Source: Escherichia coli
GTDB lineage: Bacteria; Pseudomonadota; Gammaproteobacteria; Enterobacterales; Enterobacteriaceae
DNA: 64,000 bases
Direction: 5' to 3' (one strand)
Assembly: GCF_036507355.1 (NCBI RefSeq)
Contig: NZ_AP027877.1
The notes below the pieces were generated by a model. It was not told the DNA's origin, searched no databases, and was given only the letters and a program-made list of their open reading frames with translations. A program made the position numbers and the translations under genes. Shown here in pieces: positions 1 to 11,201 of the stretch. Every line of letters begins with the position of its first letter. Position 1 is the stretch's first letter.

Positions 1-656
1 GCTATTTATCATTACTCGATAATACCGGTGAAATGCTGGTTGCTATAAATGACATGAATATTAGCAACGCTATTACAGCTGAATATCTCGCACAGCACCG
101 TGAATTTATTCAGAGGGCAAAGGTCATTGTCGCGGACTGTAATATCAGTGAAGAGGCACTGGCATGGATTCTGGATAATGCTGCCAACGTACCCGTATTT
201 GTCGATCCGGTTTCAGCGTGGAAATGTGTCAAAGTGCGCGACCGTCTAAATCAGATCCACACTCTGAAGCCAAACCGCCTTGAAGCGGAAACACTGAGTG
301 GGATTGCGCTGTCAGGGCGTGAAGATGTGGCAAAAGTTGCTGCCTGGTTCCATCAACATGGCCTGAACCGACTGGTATTGAGCATGGGCGGCGATGGCGT
401 TTATTACAGCGATATCAGCGGTGAAAGTGGCTGGTCTGCGCCGATCAAAACCAATGTTATTAATGTTACCGGAGCGGGCGATGCCATGATGGCGGGACTT
501 GCTTCGTGTTGGGTAGACGGAATGCCGTTTGCCGAATCTGTTCGTTTCGCACAGGGATGTTCGTCAATGGCGCTCTCCTGTGAATACACCAATAACCCCG
601 ATTTATCGATTGCCAACGTTATATCGTTAGTGGAGAACGCAGAATGTCTGAATTAA
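1..656 (+). CDS. psuK: pseudouridine kinase, PfkB family (partial; 5' end lies outside the window)
   Basis: Frame of ORF 33..656 stays open back to window position 1; ribokinase/PfkB-type C-terminal motif VTGAGDAMMAGL; 13-nt overlap with the following glycosidase gene; synteny with psuG/psuT. Confidence 0.85.
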   Translation, partial: YLSLLDNTGEMLVAINDMNISNAITAEYLAQHREFIQRAKVIVADCNISEEALAWILDNAANVPVFVDPVSAWKCVKVRDRLNQIHTLKPNRLEAETLSGIALSGREDVAKVAAWFHQHGLNRLVLSMGGDGVYYSDISGESGWSAPIKTNVINVTGAGDAMMAGLASCWVDGMPFAESVRFAQGCSSMALSCEYTNNPDLSIANVISLVENAECLN

Positions 657-1582
657 AAATTTCCCCTGAATTATTACAAATTTCCCCGGAAGTGCAGGAC
701 GCTTTAAAAAACAAAAAACCGGTTGTGGCGCTGGAATCGACCATTATTTCTCACGGGATGCCGTTCCCACAAAATGCCCAGACCGCAATTGAAGTTGAAG
801 AAACTATTCGTAAACAGGGCGCAGTACCTGCCACTATCGCCATTATTGGTGGCGTGATGAAAGTGGGTTTAAGCAAAGATGAAATTGAATTACTGGGTCG
901 TGAAGGGCATAACGTGACCAAAGTTAGTCGTCGCGATTTACCTTTTGTTGTTGCCGCCGGAAAAAATGGCGCAACCACTGTGGCTTCAACGATGATTATT
1001 GCGGCGCTTGCCGGAATTAAAGTATTTGCCACCGGGGGAATTGGTGGTGTTCATCGCGGGGCGGAACATACCTTCGATATTTCTGCCGATTTGCAAGAAC
1101 TGGCAAATACTAATGTCACCGTTGTTTGTGCCGGGGCGAAATCTATTCTCGATTTAGGATTAACCACTGAGTATTTAGAAACCTTCGGTGTGCCGTTAAT
1201 TGGCTATCAGACTAAAGCGCTGCCTGCGTTTTTCTGCCGCACCAGCCCGTTTGACGTCAGCATTCGTCTCGACAGCGCCAGCGAAATTGCCCGTGCAATG
1301 GCGGTGAAATGGCAAAGCGGGCTGAACGGTGGCCTCGTGGTAGCGAACCCGATCCCGGAACAGTTTGCTATGCCGGAACACACTATCAATGCGGCGATCG
1401 ATCAGGCGGTAGCTGAAGCTGAAGCGCAGGGTGTTATTGGTAAAGAAAGTACGCCATTCCTGCTGGCGCGCGTTGCTGAGCTGACCGGCGGTGACAGCCT
1501 GAAATTCAACATCCAGCTGGTGTTCAACAACGCCATTCTGGCGAGCGAAATTGCCAAAGAATATCAGCGTCTCGCGGGTTAA
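644..1582 (+). CDS. psuG: pseudouridine-5'-phosphate glycosidase
   Basis: 312-aa ORF, length and sequence match recalled E. coli YeiN/PsuG; overlaps kinase gene upstream (operon). Confidence 0.9.
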   Translation: MSELKISPELLQISPEVQDALKNKKPVVALESTIISHGMPFPQNAQTAIEVEETIRKQGAVPATIAIIGGVMKVGLSKDEIELLGREGHNVTKVSRRDLPFVVAAGKNGATTVASTMIIAALAGIKVFATGGIGGVHRGAEHTFDISADLQELANTNVTVVCAGAKSILDLGLTTEYLETFGVPLIGYQTKALPAFFCRTSPFDVSIRLDSASEIARAMAVKWQSGLNGGLVVANPIPEQFAMPEHTINAAIDQAVAEAEAQGVIGKESTPFLLARVAELTGGDSLKFNIQLVFNNAILASEIAKEYQRLAG

Positions 1583-1675
1583 TTTCTGACGGGCAGAAAG
1601 CCGTCGCCCGTACTGATCATACATACCGAAACCTGGCGCTGACGCCGGGTTTACTGGCATGAAGGGAAAATCATT

Positions 1676-2926
1676 ATGGATATAATGAGAAGTGTTGTGG
1701 GGATGGTGGTGTTACTGGCAATAGCATTTCTGTTGTCGGTAAATAAAAAGAGCATCAGTTTGCGCACGGTTGGAGCCGCACTGCTGCTGCAAATCGCTAT
1801 TGGTGGCATCATGCTCTATTTTCCGCCGGGAAAATGGGCAGTAGAACAGGCGGCATTAGGCGTTCATAAAGTGATGTCTTACAGTGATGCCGGTAGCGCC
1901 TTCATTTTTGGTTCGCTGGTTGGGCCGAAAATGGATGTCCTCTTTGACGGTGCGGGTTTTATCTTCGCCTTTCGCGTACTTCCGGCGATTATCTTCGTCA
2001 CTGCGCTCATTAGTCTGCTGTACTACATTGGCGTGATGGGGCTGCTGATTCGCATCCTTGGCAGCATTTTCCAGAAAGCCCTCAACATCAGCAAAATCGA
2101 ATCTTTTGTCGCAGTCACCACTATTTTCCTCGGGCAAAATGAGATCCCGGCGATCGTTAAACCGTTTATCGATCGCATGAATCGAAACGAGTTGTTTACC
2201 GCAATTTGTAGCGGGATGGCGTCCATTGCTGGTTCGATGATGATTGGTTATGCCGGAATGGGCGTACCAATTGACTACCTGTTAGCGGCATCGCTGATGG
2301 CGATCCCCGGCGGTATTTTGTTTGCACGAATTCTTAGTCCAGCAACCGAGCTTTCGCAGGTCACGTTTGAAAATCTGTCGTTCAGCGAAACGCCGCCAAA
2401 AAGCTTTATCGAAGCAGCGGCGAGCGGTGCGATGACCGGGCTGAAAATCGCCGCCGGTGTGGCGACGGTGGTCATGGCGTTTGTCGCAATTATTGCGCTG
2501 ATTAATGGCATTATTGGCGGAATTGGCGGCTGGTTTGGTTTTGCCAATGCCTCTCTGGAAAGTATTTTTGGCTATGTGCTGGCACCGCTGGCGTGGATCA
2601 TGGGTGTGGACTGGAGTGATGCCAACCTTGCGGGTAGCCTGATTGGGCAGAAACTGGCGATTAACGAATTCGTCGCTTACCTGAGTTTCTCCCCATACCT
2701 GCAAACGGGCGGCACGCTGGAAGTGAAAACCATTGCGATTATCTCCTTTGCGCTTTGTGGTTTTGCTAACTTTGGTTCTATCGGTGTTGTCGTTGGGGCA
2801 TTTTCGGCTATTTCGCCAAAACGTGCTCCGGAAATCGCCCAGCTTGGTTTACGGGCGCTGGCAGCAGCAACGCTTTCCAACCTGATGAGCGCGACCATTG
2901 CCGGGTTCTTTATTGGTTTAGCTTGA
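1676..2926 (+). CDS. psuT: nucleoside (pseudouridine) transporter, NupC/CNT family
   Basis: 416-aa polytopic membrane ORF; paralogous to nupX in this window; operon position after psuK-psuG. Confidence 0.85.
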   Translation: MDIMRSVVGMVVLLAIAFLLSVNKKSISLRTVGAALLLQIAIGGIMLYFPPGKWAVEQAALGVHKVMSYSDAGSAFIFGSLVGPKMDVLFDGAGFIFAFRVLPAIIFVTALISLLYYIGVMGLLIRILGSIFQKALNISKIESFVAVTTIFLGQNEIPAIVKPFIDRMNRNELFTAICSGMASIAGSMMIGYAGMGVPIDYLLAASLMAIPGGILFARILSPATELSQVTFENLSFSETPPKSFIEAAASGAMTGLKIAAGVATVVMAFVAIIALINGIIGGIGGWFGFANASLESIFGYVLAPLAWIMGVDWSDANLAGSLIGQKLAINEFVAYLSFSPYLQTGGTLEVKTIAIISFALCGFANFGSIGVVVGAFSAISPKRAPEIAQLGLRALAAATLSNLMSATIAGFFIGLA

Positions 2927-2993
2927 GTTTCATTGCCGGATGTACTCGCTTATTAAGCGTTGCATCCGGCAATCGCGCTATTGCAAATAATTT

Positions 2994-3653
2994 TTACTGC
3001 ATCATCCCGGAGAATTTATTCTCCGGGTCCATCTCCAGCGCCAGTCCTGACAACTGCTTTCTGTTTTTAATGAGATATCCTTTCTTGCTTTTAATTAATA
3101 AACCGTCGTGAATGAATTGCGCGAGAACATATAAAAGATGTCGATAAGAAACGCCTAAATACTCTGCCGCTTGCGTATGCTTTTCGTGATAAAGATCACC
3201 TTCTTGTGAGAGTAATATAAATGCTGCCAGGCGATTCACTAACGGAAATGATTGATTCTGAGTTAAAGAAACAATATTACGATAATTTTTATGACTTAAG
3301 GTGACGCAAAGTTTTCGTAAAAATAGGGTGTCGTTTAATAACAGCGGACGGTAATGTTTCATAGGGAGCGCAAGGCACCAACACTCTTCAATCGCCTGTA
3401 CTGCACGTGGTTCATGGTCTTTATCGATTAACTCAATCTCGCCAATAAAACAGGGGGCGGCAAAGAAATCGATCAGCGACACGCAACCATTAGCTAGCGT
3501 GGCGTAAAGCCTGGCGCGGCCTCGCGTCAGGTAAAACAGCCAGGACGGCTGTTGCCCTTCCTGCACAATGTAGTCACGCGCTAAAAAATGAAACAGCCGC
3601 GTATCGGCTGAAACATCCGTTAAAAAGCAATCCTTAAACGCGGATTCACTCAT
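2994..3653 (-). CDS. yeiL: CRP/FNR-family transcriptional regulator
   Basis: ORF 2994..3692; start moved to internal Met ([10 protein letters not shown]...) giving 219 aa as recalled for YeiL; cNMP-binding-like N-terminus and C-terminal HTH. Confidence 0.8.
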   Translation of the reverse strand: MSESAFKDCFLTDVSADTRLFHFLARDYIVQEGQQPSWLFYLTRGRARLYATLANGCVSLIDFFAAPCFIGEIELIDKDHEPRAVQAIEECWCLALPMKHYRPLLLNDTLFLRKLCVTLSHKNYRNIVSLTQNQSFPLVNRLAAFILLSQEGDLYHEKHTQAAEYLGVSYRHLLYVLAQFIHDGLLIKSKKGYLIKNRKQLSGLALEMDPENKFSGMMQ

Positions 3654-3821
3654 CAATTGCTGCTTAAGATCATTATTGTGGATTTCTTTCACGATGTTTA
3701 TCCGCTATGAGATTTCTCATATTTAGCATACGTACGCTGTTGTTAAGATTCAATCATCGGCCCGGTCGAATTTTCTTTGCTGTAGAAAAAATAACGCAAC
3801 TGGAAACAGAGGAAATAAACA

Positions 3822-4763
3822 ATGGAAAAGAGAAAAATTATTCTGGATTGTGATCCGGGTCATGATGATGCTATTGCAATGATGATGGCAGCGAAACATC
3901 CGGCAATAGATTTATTAGGCATCACTATTGTAGCGGGTAATCAGACGCTTGATAAAACATTAATTAATGGCCTGAATGTTTGCCAGAAACTGGAGATTAA
4001 TGTTCCGGTTTATGCGGGGATGCCGCAACCCATTATGCGTCAACAAATCGTTGCCGATAATATTCACGGTGAAACCGGACTGGATGGCCCGGTATTCGAG
4101 CCGCTGACCCGCCAGGCAGAAAGTACCCACGCGGTGAAATACATCATTGATACCCTGATGGCAAGCGATGGCGATATCACTCTGGTGCCGGTTGGTCCGT
4201 TGTCAAATATCGCGGTGGCAATGCGTATGCAATCCGCAATCCTGCCCAAAATCCGTGAAATTGTGCTAATGGGCGGCGCTTACGGTACAGGCAACTTCAC
4301 GCCATCTGCCGAGTTCAACATCTTTGCTGACCCGGAAGCCGCACGCGTGGTGTTCACCTCCGGCGTTCCATTAGTGATGATGGGCCTCGATCTTACCAAC
4401 CAGACCGTTTGCACCCCGGACGTAATTGTTCGGATGGAAAGGGCAGGCGGCCCTGCCGGAGAGCTATTCAGCGACATCATGAACTTCACTCTCAAAACGC
4501 AGTTCGAAAACTACGGCCTGGCTGGCGGCCCGGTGCACGACGCCACCTGCATCGGTTATCTGATTAACCCTGATGGCATTAAAACCCAGGAGATGTACGT
4601 CGAAGTGGACGTCAACAGTGGCCCTTGCTATGGGCGTACCGTCTGCGACGAGCTGGGCGTTCTTGGCAAGCCCGCTAATACCAAAGTCGGCATCACTATT
4701 GATACCGACTGGTTCTGGGGCTTAGTCGAAGAGTGCGTGCGCGGCTACATCAAAACCCATTAA
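3822..4763 (+). CDS. rihB: pyrimidine-specific ribonucleoside hydrolase
   Basis: 313-aa ORF beginning [17 protein letters not shown] (nucleoside hydrolase DxDxxxDD aspartate motif). Confidence 0.9.
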   Translation: MEKRKIILDCDPGHDDAIAMMMAAKHPAIDLLGITIVAGNQTLDKTLINGLNVCQKLEINVPVYAGMPQPIMRQQIVADNIHGETGLDGPVFEPLTRQAESTHAVKYIIDTLMASDGDITLVPVGPLSNIAVAMRMQSAILPKIREIVLMGGAYGTGNFTPSAEFNIFADPEAARVVFTSGVPLVMMGLDLTNQTVCTPDVIVRMERAGGPAGELFSDIMNFTLKTQFENYGLAGGPVHDATCIGYLINPDGIKTQEMYVEVDVNSGPCYGRTVCDELGVLGKPANTKVGITIDTDWFWGLVEECVRGYIKTH

Positions 4764-4909
4764 GTGTTGATAACAAGCCGGGTCAGTATCGCAAAATGCA
4801 GGCCCGGCTATTTCTGAGGGGCAGAAAGCCGTCGCCCAATATGACATGAAGAGATAATAACTATGGATGTCATGAGAAGTGTTCTGGGAATGGTGGTATT
4901 GCTGACGAT

Positions 4910-4918
4910 TGCGTTTTT
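4910..4918. repeat. target-site duplication (left copy) TGCGTTTTT
   Basis: Identical 9-mer directly flanks both IS1 ends (4910..4918 and 5687..5695). Confidence 0.8.
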
Positions 4919-4973
4919 GGTGATGCTGCCAACTTACTGATTTAGTGTATGATGGTGTTTTTGAGGTGCTCCA

Positions 4974-5249
4974 GTGGCTTCTGTTTCTATCAGCTGTCCC
5001 TCCTGTTCAGCTACTGACGGGGTGGTGCGTAACGGCAAAAGCACCGCCGGACATCAGCGCTATCTCTGCTCTCACTGCCGTAAAACATGGCAACTGCAGT
5101 TCACTTACACCGCTTCTCAACCCGGTACGCACCAGAAAATCATTGATATGGCCATGAATGGCGTTGGATGCCGGGCAACAGCCCGCATTATGGGCGTTGG
5201 CCTCAACACGATTTTACGTCACTTAAAAAACTCAGGCCGCAGTCGGTAA
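4974..5249 (+). CDS. insA: IS1 InsA (transposition inhibitor / N-terminal part of InsAB' transposase)
   Basis: 91-aa [26 protein letters not shown]..., recognised IS1 InsA zinc-finger/HTH protein; GTG start. Confidence 0.9.
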
Positions 5250-5671
5250 CCTCGCGCATACAGCCGGGCAGTGACGTCATCGTCTGCGCGGAAATGGACG
5301 AACAGTGGGGCTATGTCGGGGCTAAATCGCGCCAGCGCTGGCTGTTTTACGCGTATGACAGGCTCCGGAAGACGGTTGTTGCGCACGTATTCGGTGAACG
5401 CACGATGGCGACGCTGGGGCGTCTTATGAGCCTGCTGTCACCCTTTGACGTGGTGATATGGATGACGGATGGCTGGCCGCTGTATGAATCCCGCCTGAAG
5501 GGAAAGCTGCACGTAATCAGCAAGCGATATACGCAGCGAATTGAGCGGCATAACCTGAATCTGAGGCAGCACCTGGCACGGCTGGGACGGAAGTCGCTGT
5601 CGTTCTCAAAATCGGTGGAGCTGCATGACAAAGTCATCGGGCATTATCTGAACATAAAACACTATCAATAA
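5168..5671 (+). CDS. insB: IS1 InsB reading frame (transposase catalytic part, expressed by -1 frameshift from insA)
   Basis: 167-aa ORF in -1 frame overlapping the insA 3' end, typical IS1 organisation. Confidence 0.85.
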
Positions 5672-5686
5672 GTTGGAGTCATTACC

Positions 5687-5695
5687 TGCGTTTTT
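5687..5695. repeat. target-site duplication (right copy) TGCGTTTTT
   Basis: See left copy. Confidence 0.8.
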
Positions 5696-6945
5696 ACTGT
5701 CAGTAAACAAGAAGAAGATCAGCCTGCGTACCGTTGGCGCGGCGTTAGTGTTACAGGTTGTGATTGGCGGGATTATGCTTTGGTTACCGCCAGGGCGTTG
5801 GGTCGCTGAAAAAGTCGCTTTTGGCGTGCATAAAGTGATGGCGTACAGCGATGCAGGTAGCGCATTTATCTTCGGTTCGCTGGTCGGGCCGAAAATGGAC
5901 ACGCTGTTTGATGGCGCAGGATTTATCTTTGGTTTCAGGGTGTTACCGGCAATTATCTTCGTCACCGCGCTGGTGAGTATTCTCTATTACATCGGTGTGA
6001 TGGGGATCTTAATTCGCATTCTCGGCGGTATATTCCAGAAAGCATTAAATATCAGCAAGATCGAGTCATTCGTCGCGGTCACTACCATTTTCCTCGGGCA
6101 AAACGAAATTCCGGCGATCGTCAAACCCTTTATCGATCGTCTGAATCGCAATGAATTATTTACAGCGATTTGTAGTGGCATGGCCTCGATTGCTGGTTCG
6201 ACAATGATTGGTTACGCCGCACTGGGCGTGCCTGTGGAATATTTGCTGGCGGCATCGTTAATGGCGATCCCAGGCGGGATCTTGTTTGCCCGCCTGCTAA
6301 GCCCGGCTATGGAATCTTCGCAGGTTTCTTTTAATAACCTCTCTTTCACCGAAACACCGCCAAAAAGCATTATTGAAGCTGCCGCGACAGAGGCAATGAC
6401 CGGGCTGAAAATCGCCGCAGGTGTGGCGACAGTAGTGATGGCATTTGTCGCCATCATTGCGTTAATTAACGGTATTATCGGCGGCGTTGGCGGCTGGTTT
6501 GGTTTTGAACATGCCTCGCTGGAATCCATTTTAGGTTACCTGCTGGCCCCACTGGCGTGGGTGATGGGTGTTGACTGGAGTGATGCGAATCTTGCCGGGA
6601 GTTTGATTGGTCAGAAACTGGCAATAAATGAATTTGTCGCTTATCTCAATTTCTCACCCTATCTGCAAACGGCTGACAAGCTGGATGCTAAAACCGTGGC
6701 GATTATTTCCTTCGCGTTGTGCGGTTTCGCTAACTTTGGTTCTATCGGGGTGGTGGTGGGGGCGTTTTCTGCGGTTGCGCCACACCGTGCGCCGGAAATC
6801 GCCCAACTTGGTTTACGCGCGCTGGCGGCGGCGACACTTTCTAATCTGATGAGTGCCACCATTGCCGGGTTCTTTATTGGTTTAGCGTAGTGTGCGATTT
6901 ATGAGCCGGATAATATGCGGTCAAGCGTCGAATCCGGCAACATTG

Positions 6946-8034
6946 TTACACCATTGGCATTAATGAAAGCGCGTTATCGGCAGACAAGGTAGGGTTATTT
7001 AAGCTGCCGCTGGCGCGTGAAATTGCCGCGCAGGCCATCGCAAAACGGGCGCTGTCACGGAAATTGTTTCCTTCCAGAAAGCTATATACCAGGCCCGCCA
7101 TAAAACCATCGTCAGCACCAAAACTGTCTACTGTCGTATGCGCTGGTGCGGTCAGCAAAAATTGTTCTCCATCCTTTTCGCTGCAATAAACTGACTCATC
7201 GGGCAAATAAACAAACAGTTGCTGAACACCTTGCTGATGCAACGCATTCACTGCAGCATTACGGTCAGCATCGCTGGTGATCGCCTGTCCCCATAAAATT
7301 TCCAGCTCCGGTAAAGTGGGTTTCAGGGTGTGAATATGCGCCAGCCAGTGTTTGATTTTGCCCGCTTTGAATTCTGAAACGGTATCGACAAACACCGGGA
7401 TCTCATCAGCGAGGGTAAAGACCCATTCCAGCGCCTCGGCTGTCAGGTTGCAATCAGCCAGTACCACGCCCGCATGACGAAGTAAATCGCGCGACCCGTT
7501 CAGTAGTTGCGGTGTCAACTGTTCCAGCAGATGGGTATCGTTAATCGCCAGCACGGTTTGATCGTCTCGATTGGCAATTGCCAGATACGTCGATGTGCTT
7601 TGACCATGCAAACGAACGCAGCCGGAGACATTCACGCCGGCACGGCGCGTTTCTTCCAGGAGCATTTCGCCATAAAAGTCATCGCCAATCACTGAAAGCA
7701 AATGGACGTCGCGGCCTAACAGCGCCAGATTGTGGGCGATATTGCGTCCAACGCCGCCTGCCGAGCAATGAATTGTACCGGGATGAGAAGCCGATTGCGG
7801 GTAACGGATATCCGCCATCCCGCGAATATCCATATTGATTGTCCCCACCACTACGCAGTATTCCTGCTCGGTGAGAATGTAACCTTTGCCTTTAATCCGG
7901 CCTTTGCGCATTAAATCCATAATATGCGCCGCAACGCGCGAACGGCTGATTTGCAGCATGTCCGCAATTTCGTTCTGCTGAATCAGCGGGTTACGCCGTA
8001 AAATTGCAAGGATCTCCTTTTCCCGGTTATTCAT
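6946..8034 (-). CDS. yeiI: PfkB-family sugar/nucleoside kinase with N-terminal HTH domain
   Basis: 362-aa ORF; N-terminal HTH (EILAILRRNPLIQQNEIADMLQISRSRV) fused to ribokinase-like domain (GADD motif). Confidence 0.85.
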   Translation of the reverse strand: MNNREKEILAILRRNPLIQQNEIADMLQISRSRVAAHIMDLMRKGRIKGKGYILTEQEYCVVVGTINMDIRGMADIRYPQSASHPGTIHCSAGGVGRNIAHNLALLGRDVHLLSVIGDDFYGEMLLEETRRAGVNVSGCVRLHGQSTSTYLAIANRDDQTVLAINDTHLLEQLTPQLLNGSRDLLRHAGVVLADCNLTAEALEWVFTLADEIPVFVDTVSEFKAGKIKHWLAHIHTLKPTLPELEILWGQAITSDADRNAAVNALHQQGVQQLFVYLPDESVYCSEKDGEQFLLTAPAHTTVDSFGADDGFMAGLVYSFLEGNNFRDSARFAMACAAISRASGSLNNPTLSADNALSLMPMV

Positions 8035-8036
8035 CT

Positions 8037-8894
8037 TCAGGCTACCGCTTTTTCAGTTTGTTGCGCTTTCAGCCAGGCGATCTCTTCTGCCCAGATATCC
8101 GGGTTGATGGTTTCGAGGATCAGCGGAATGCCGTCGAAACGGTCGTCCTGCATGATCCAGCGGAACGCATCATGACCGATATTGCCTTCACCGAGGCTAT
8201 GATGGCGGTCAACGCGGCTGCCAAAGGTGCTTTTCGCATCGTTAAGGTGCATCCCGCGCAGATACTTAAAGCCGACAATACGGGCAAAATCAGCGAACGT
8301 TTTCTCGCATTCGGCTGGAGTACGCAAATCATACCCGGCAGCGAAAGCATGGCAGGTATCAATGCAGACGCCGACACGGGATTTATCTTCCACGCCGTCG
8401 ATAATCGCCGCGAGATGTTCGAATTTAAACCCTAAGTTACTGCCCTGACCGGCGGTGTTTTCAATCACCGCGGTCACACCTTGAGTTTTATCCAGCGCAA
8501 TGTTGATGGATTCGGCAATACGCGCAAGGCAATCCTCTTCTGAAATCTGCATCAGATGGCTGCCAGGGTGGAAGTTGAGCAAAGAAAGCCCCAGCTGTTC
8601 GCAACGCTGCATTTCATCTATAAAGGCATCGCGCGATTTTTCCAGAGCTTCAGTGACCGGATGTCCGAGGTTAATCAGATAGCTGTCGTGGGGAAGAATT
8701 TGCGCCGATGTGTAGTGATATTTTTCACAGGCGGCTTTGAATTCATCGATGGTTTGCGTCGTGAGCGGTGCGGCACGCCACTGACGTTGGTTTTTGGTGA
8801 ACAAGGCAAACGCGGTTGCGTCGATTTCGGCGGCGCGAATTGCGGCATTTGCCAGACCGCCAGCAGCACTAACGTGCGCTCCAATGTATTTCAT
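8037..8894 (-). CDS. nfo: endonuclease IV (AP endonuclease)
   Basis: 285-aa [17 protein letters not shown]...; length and sequence as recalled for Nfo. Confidence 0.95.
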   Translation of the reverse strand: MKYIGAHVSAAGGLANAAIRAAEIDATAFALFTKNQRQWRAAPLTTQTIDEFKAACEKYHYTSAQILPHDSYLINLGHPVTEALEKSRDAFIDEMQRCEQLGLSLLNFHPGSHLMQISEEDCLARIAESINIALDKTQGVTAVIENTAGQGSNLGFKFEHLAAIIDGVEDKSRVGVCIDTCHAFAAGYDLRTPAECEKTFADFARIVGFKYLRGMHLNDAKSTFGSRVDRHHSLGEGNIGHDAFRWIMQDDRFDGIPLILETINPDIWAEEIAWLKAQQTEKAVA

Positions 8895-8967
8895 GCGAGG
8901 ACTCCTGTTAAACCCGCTGGAGGAAAACGGTAATGATAGCGGGTTAACAGGAGCAAGATGTAGTGGT

Positions 8968-10017
8968 TTATGCGATGACGCTTTGAATCACATAGTTAAT
9001 CGCACCACCACCAACAATCAGCCAGGCAAACAGTACCAGTGCCATCAGCAGAGGTTTCGCCCCGGCTTTTTTCAGCGCGCTGACGTGAGTGGTCAGACCC
9101 AGCGCCGCCATCGCCATTGCCAGCAGGAAGGTATCCAGCGTTACCAGCATGTTCACCACGCTCTGCGGTAACAGGTGGAACGAGTTAAAGATGGCAACTA
9201 CGATGAACAAGATGGCAAACCACGGAATAGTGATTTTGCTTTTCTCGCCGCTGTTCGCCCCAGACAGCTGTTTAACACGCGCCGCCAGCAGGATGAGGAA
9301 CGGAGCCAGCATCATCACGCGCAGCATTTTGGAAATAACTGCTGCGTTTTCCGCATCCGGGCTGATGGCATGACCTGCCGCCACCACCTGCGCCACTTCG
9401 TGCACAGTAGAACCAATGTAGATACCGAAAGTTTCCGGACTAAACCATTGAGACATCAGCGGATATATCGCCGGGTAGAGGAAAATCGCGACGGTCCCGA
9501 AGATAACAACGGTTGCAACAGCCACGGTTACTTTACTGGCTTCCGCTTTCACTACCGGCTCAGTCGCCAGTACCGCGGCAGCACCACAAATACTGCTACC
9601 GGCACCGATCAACCAGCTGGTGTGCTTATCCAGACCAAACACTTTCTGCCCCAGGAAGCAAGCCAGCAGGAAGGTACTGGACAGCGTCAGCACGTCAATG
9701 ATGATCCCACTGATACCGACATCGGCAATTTGCGAGAACGTCAGACGGAAGCCATAAAGAATGATACCCAGACGTAATAAATATTGCTTGGCAAACAGCA
9801 CACCACCGTCACAGCTTTTCCAGATGTGCGGATAGATGGTGTTGCCTAAAACCATCCCCAACAAGATTGCGAGGGTGAGGGCACTAAACCCGGCACCCGC
9901 AACCGCGGGAATGGAACCACCCCACAGGGCGACCCCGGTGATAACTGCACTCAGGGCTAACCCCGGAATAAAATGCCACAGTGTACGATGTTGTTTCTGT
10001 AAGGTGATATTCGTCAT
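8968..10017 (-). CDS. yeiH: UPF0324 family inner membrane protein
   Basis: 349-aa polytopic membrane ORF; divergent from the LysR regulator yeiE. Confidence 0.85.
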   Translation of the reverse strand: MTNITLQKQHRTLWHFIPGLALSAVITGVALWGGSIPAVAGAGFSALTLAILLGMVLGNTIYPHIWKSCDGGVLFAKQYLLRLGIILYGFRLTFSQIADVGISGIIIDVLTLSSTFLLACFLGQKVFGLDKHTSWLIGAGSSICGAAAVLATEPVVKAEASKVTVAVATVVIFGTVAIFLYPAIYPLMSQWFSPETFGIYIGSTVHEVAQVVAAGHAISPDAENAAVISKMLRVMMLAPFLILLAARVKQLSGANSGEKSKITIPWFAILFIVVAIFNSFHLLPQSVVNMLVTLDTFLLAMAMAALGLTTHVSALKKAGAKPLLMALVLFAWLIVGGGAINYVIQSVIA

Positions 10018-10115
10018 AACCCTCTCCTTTAACCGGGCATAAGGTTACGACTAACTGGTTTAAAAATAAAATTGATTATATATTTATAATTAATCTTTAT
10101 AAGTGGTAAGCGACT

Positions 10116-10997
10116 ATGCACATCACCCTCCGGCAGTTGGAAGTTTTTGCAGAAGTATTGAAAAGTGGATCAACCACCCAGGCGTCGGTGATGCTGGCGT
10201 TGTCGCAATCAGCAGTGAGCGCAGCCTTGACCGACCTGGAAGGGCAACTTGGCGTGCAACTGTTTGATCGCGTGGGGAAAAGACTGGTTGTTAATGAACA
10301 CGGGCGGCTGCTCTATCCGCGTGCGTTGGCATTGCTTGAACAGGCGGTTGAAATCGAACAACTGTTTCGCGAAGACAACGGCGCGATTCGTATCTATGCC
10401 AGTAGTACCATCGGTAACTACATTCTGCCTGCAGTTATCGCCCGTTATCGCCATGATTATCCGCAGTTGCCGATTGAACTTAGCGTTGGGAACAGCCAGG
10501 ACGTGATGCAAGCGGTGCTGGATTTCCGCGTTGATATTGGCTTTATTGAAGGACCGTGCCACAGCACTGAAATCATTTCTGAACCGTGGCTGGAAGACGA
10601 GCTGGTGGTTTTCGCCGCGCCGACTTCGCCGTTGGCCCGTGGTCCGGTCACCTTAGAACAGCTGGCCGCTGCGCCGTGGATCCTGCGTGAACGCGGCTCC
10701 GGCACGCGGGAGATTGTCGATTATCTGTTGCTGTCACATTTACCGAAGTTTGAGATGGCGATGGAATTAGGTAACTCCGAGGCAATCAAACATGCGGTGC
10801 GTCATGGGTTGGGAATTAGTTGCCTGTCGCGACGGGTGATTGAAGACCAATTGCAGGCAGGCACATTAAGTGAAGTTGCGGTCCCTCTGCCGCGCCTGAT
10901 GCGTACGTTGTGGCGTATACATCATCGGCAAAAACACCTTTCCAACGCGCTACGGCGCTTTCTGGACTATTGCGATCCCGCGAATGTACCGTGTTAA
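10116..10997 (+). CDS. yeiE: LysR-type transcriptional regulator
   Basis: 293-aa ORF with N-terminal LysR HTH ([24 protein letters not shown]...). Confidence 0.85.
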
Positions 10998-11201
10998 GTT
11001 GCTGTACAAGAACATGCTGGTGCTGTGTCGATTTCGTGACGCAGCGCCCTCAGCATGCATTCGCCAGAAAAGAGATTGGCTGCTTTACTTATAATCCCTG
11101 GGCGATCATGAAGGTGTCTTATAACCGTGTATTTCTGCCGGAAGGATTGCCAATCGTCTGCTACAATCGCGCCTCATTTTTTAGATGGATAGCATTTTTG
11201 T

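Larger units (their letters stand above)
4919..5686 (+). mobile_element. IS1 insertion sequence (768 bp)
   Basis: Terminal inverted repeats GGTGATGCTGCCAACTTACTGAT (left) and ATCAATAAGTTGGAGTCATTACC (right); contains insA and insB reading frames; 9-bp TSD. Confidence 0.9.
4863..6890 (+). pseudogene. nupX: nucleoside permease gene interrupted by IS1 after codon 19
   Basis: N-terminal fragment MDVMRSVLGMVVLLTIAFL (ATG ~4863) matches the PsuT N-terminus; reading frame resumes immediately after IS1 (LSVNKKKISLRTVGAAL... to stop at 6890). Track ORF 5673..6890 begins artificially inside the IS1 end. Confidence 0.8.

Noticed and set aside
4945-5157. 70-aa ORF inside IS1 in an alternative frame to insA
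   Set aside because: Overlaps insA out of frame; IS1 is known to encode only insA/insB.
5673-6890. Track ORF beginning MESLPAF... called as a 405-aa protein
   Set aside because: Its first codons lie inside the IS1 right end; the true reading frame is the C-terminal part of nupX, so it is annotated as a disrupted pseudogene.
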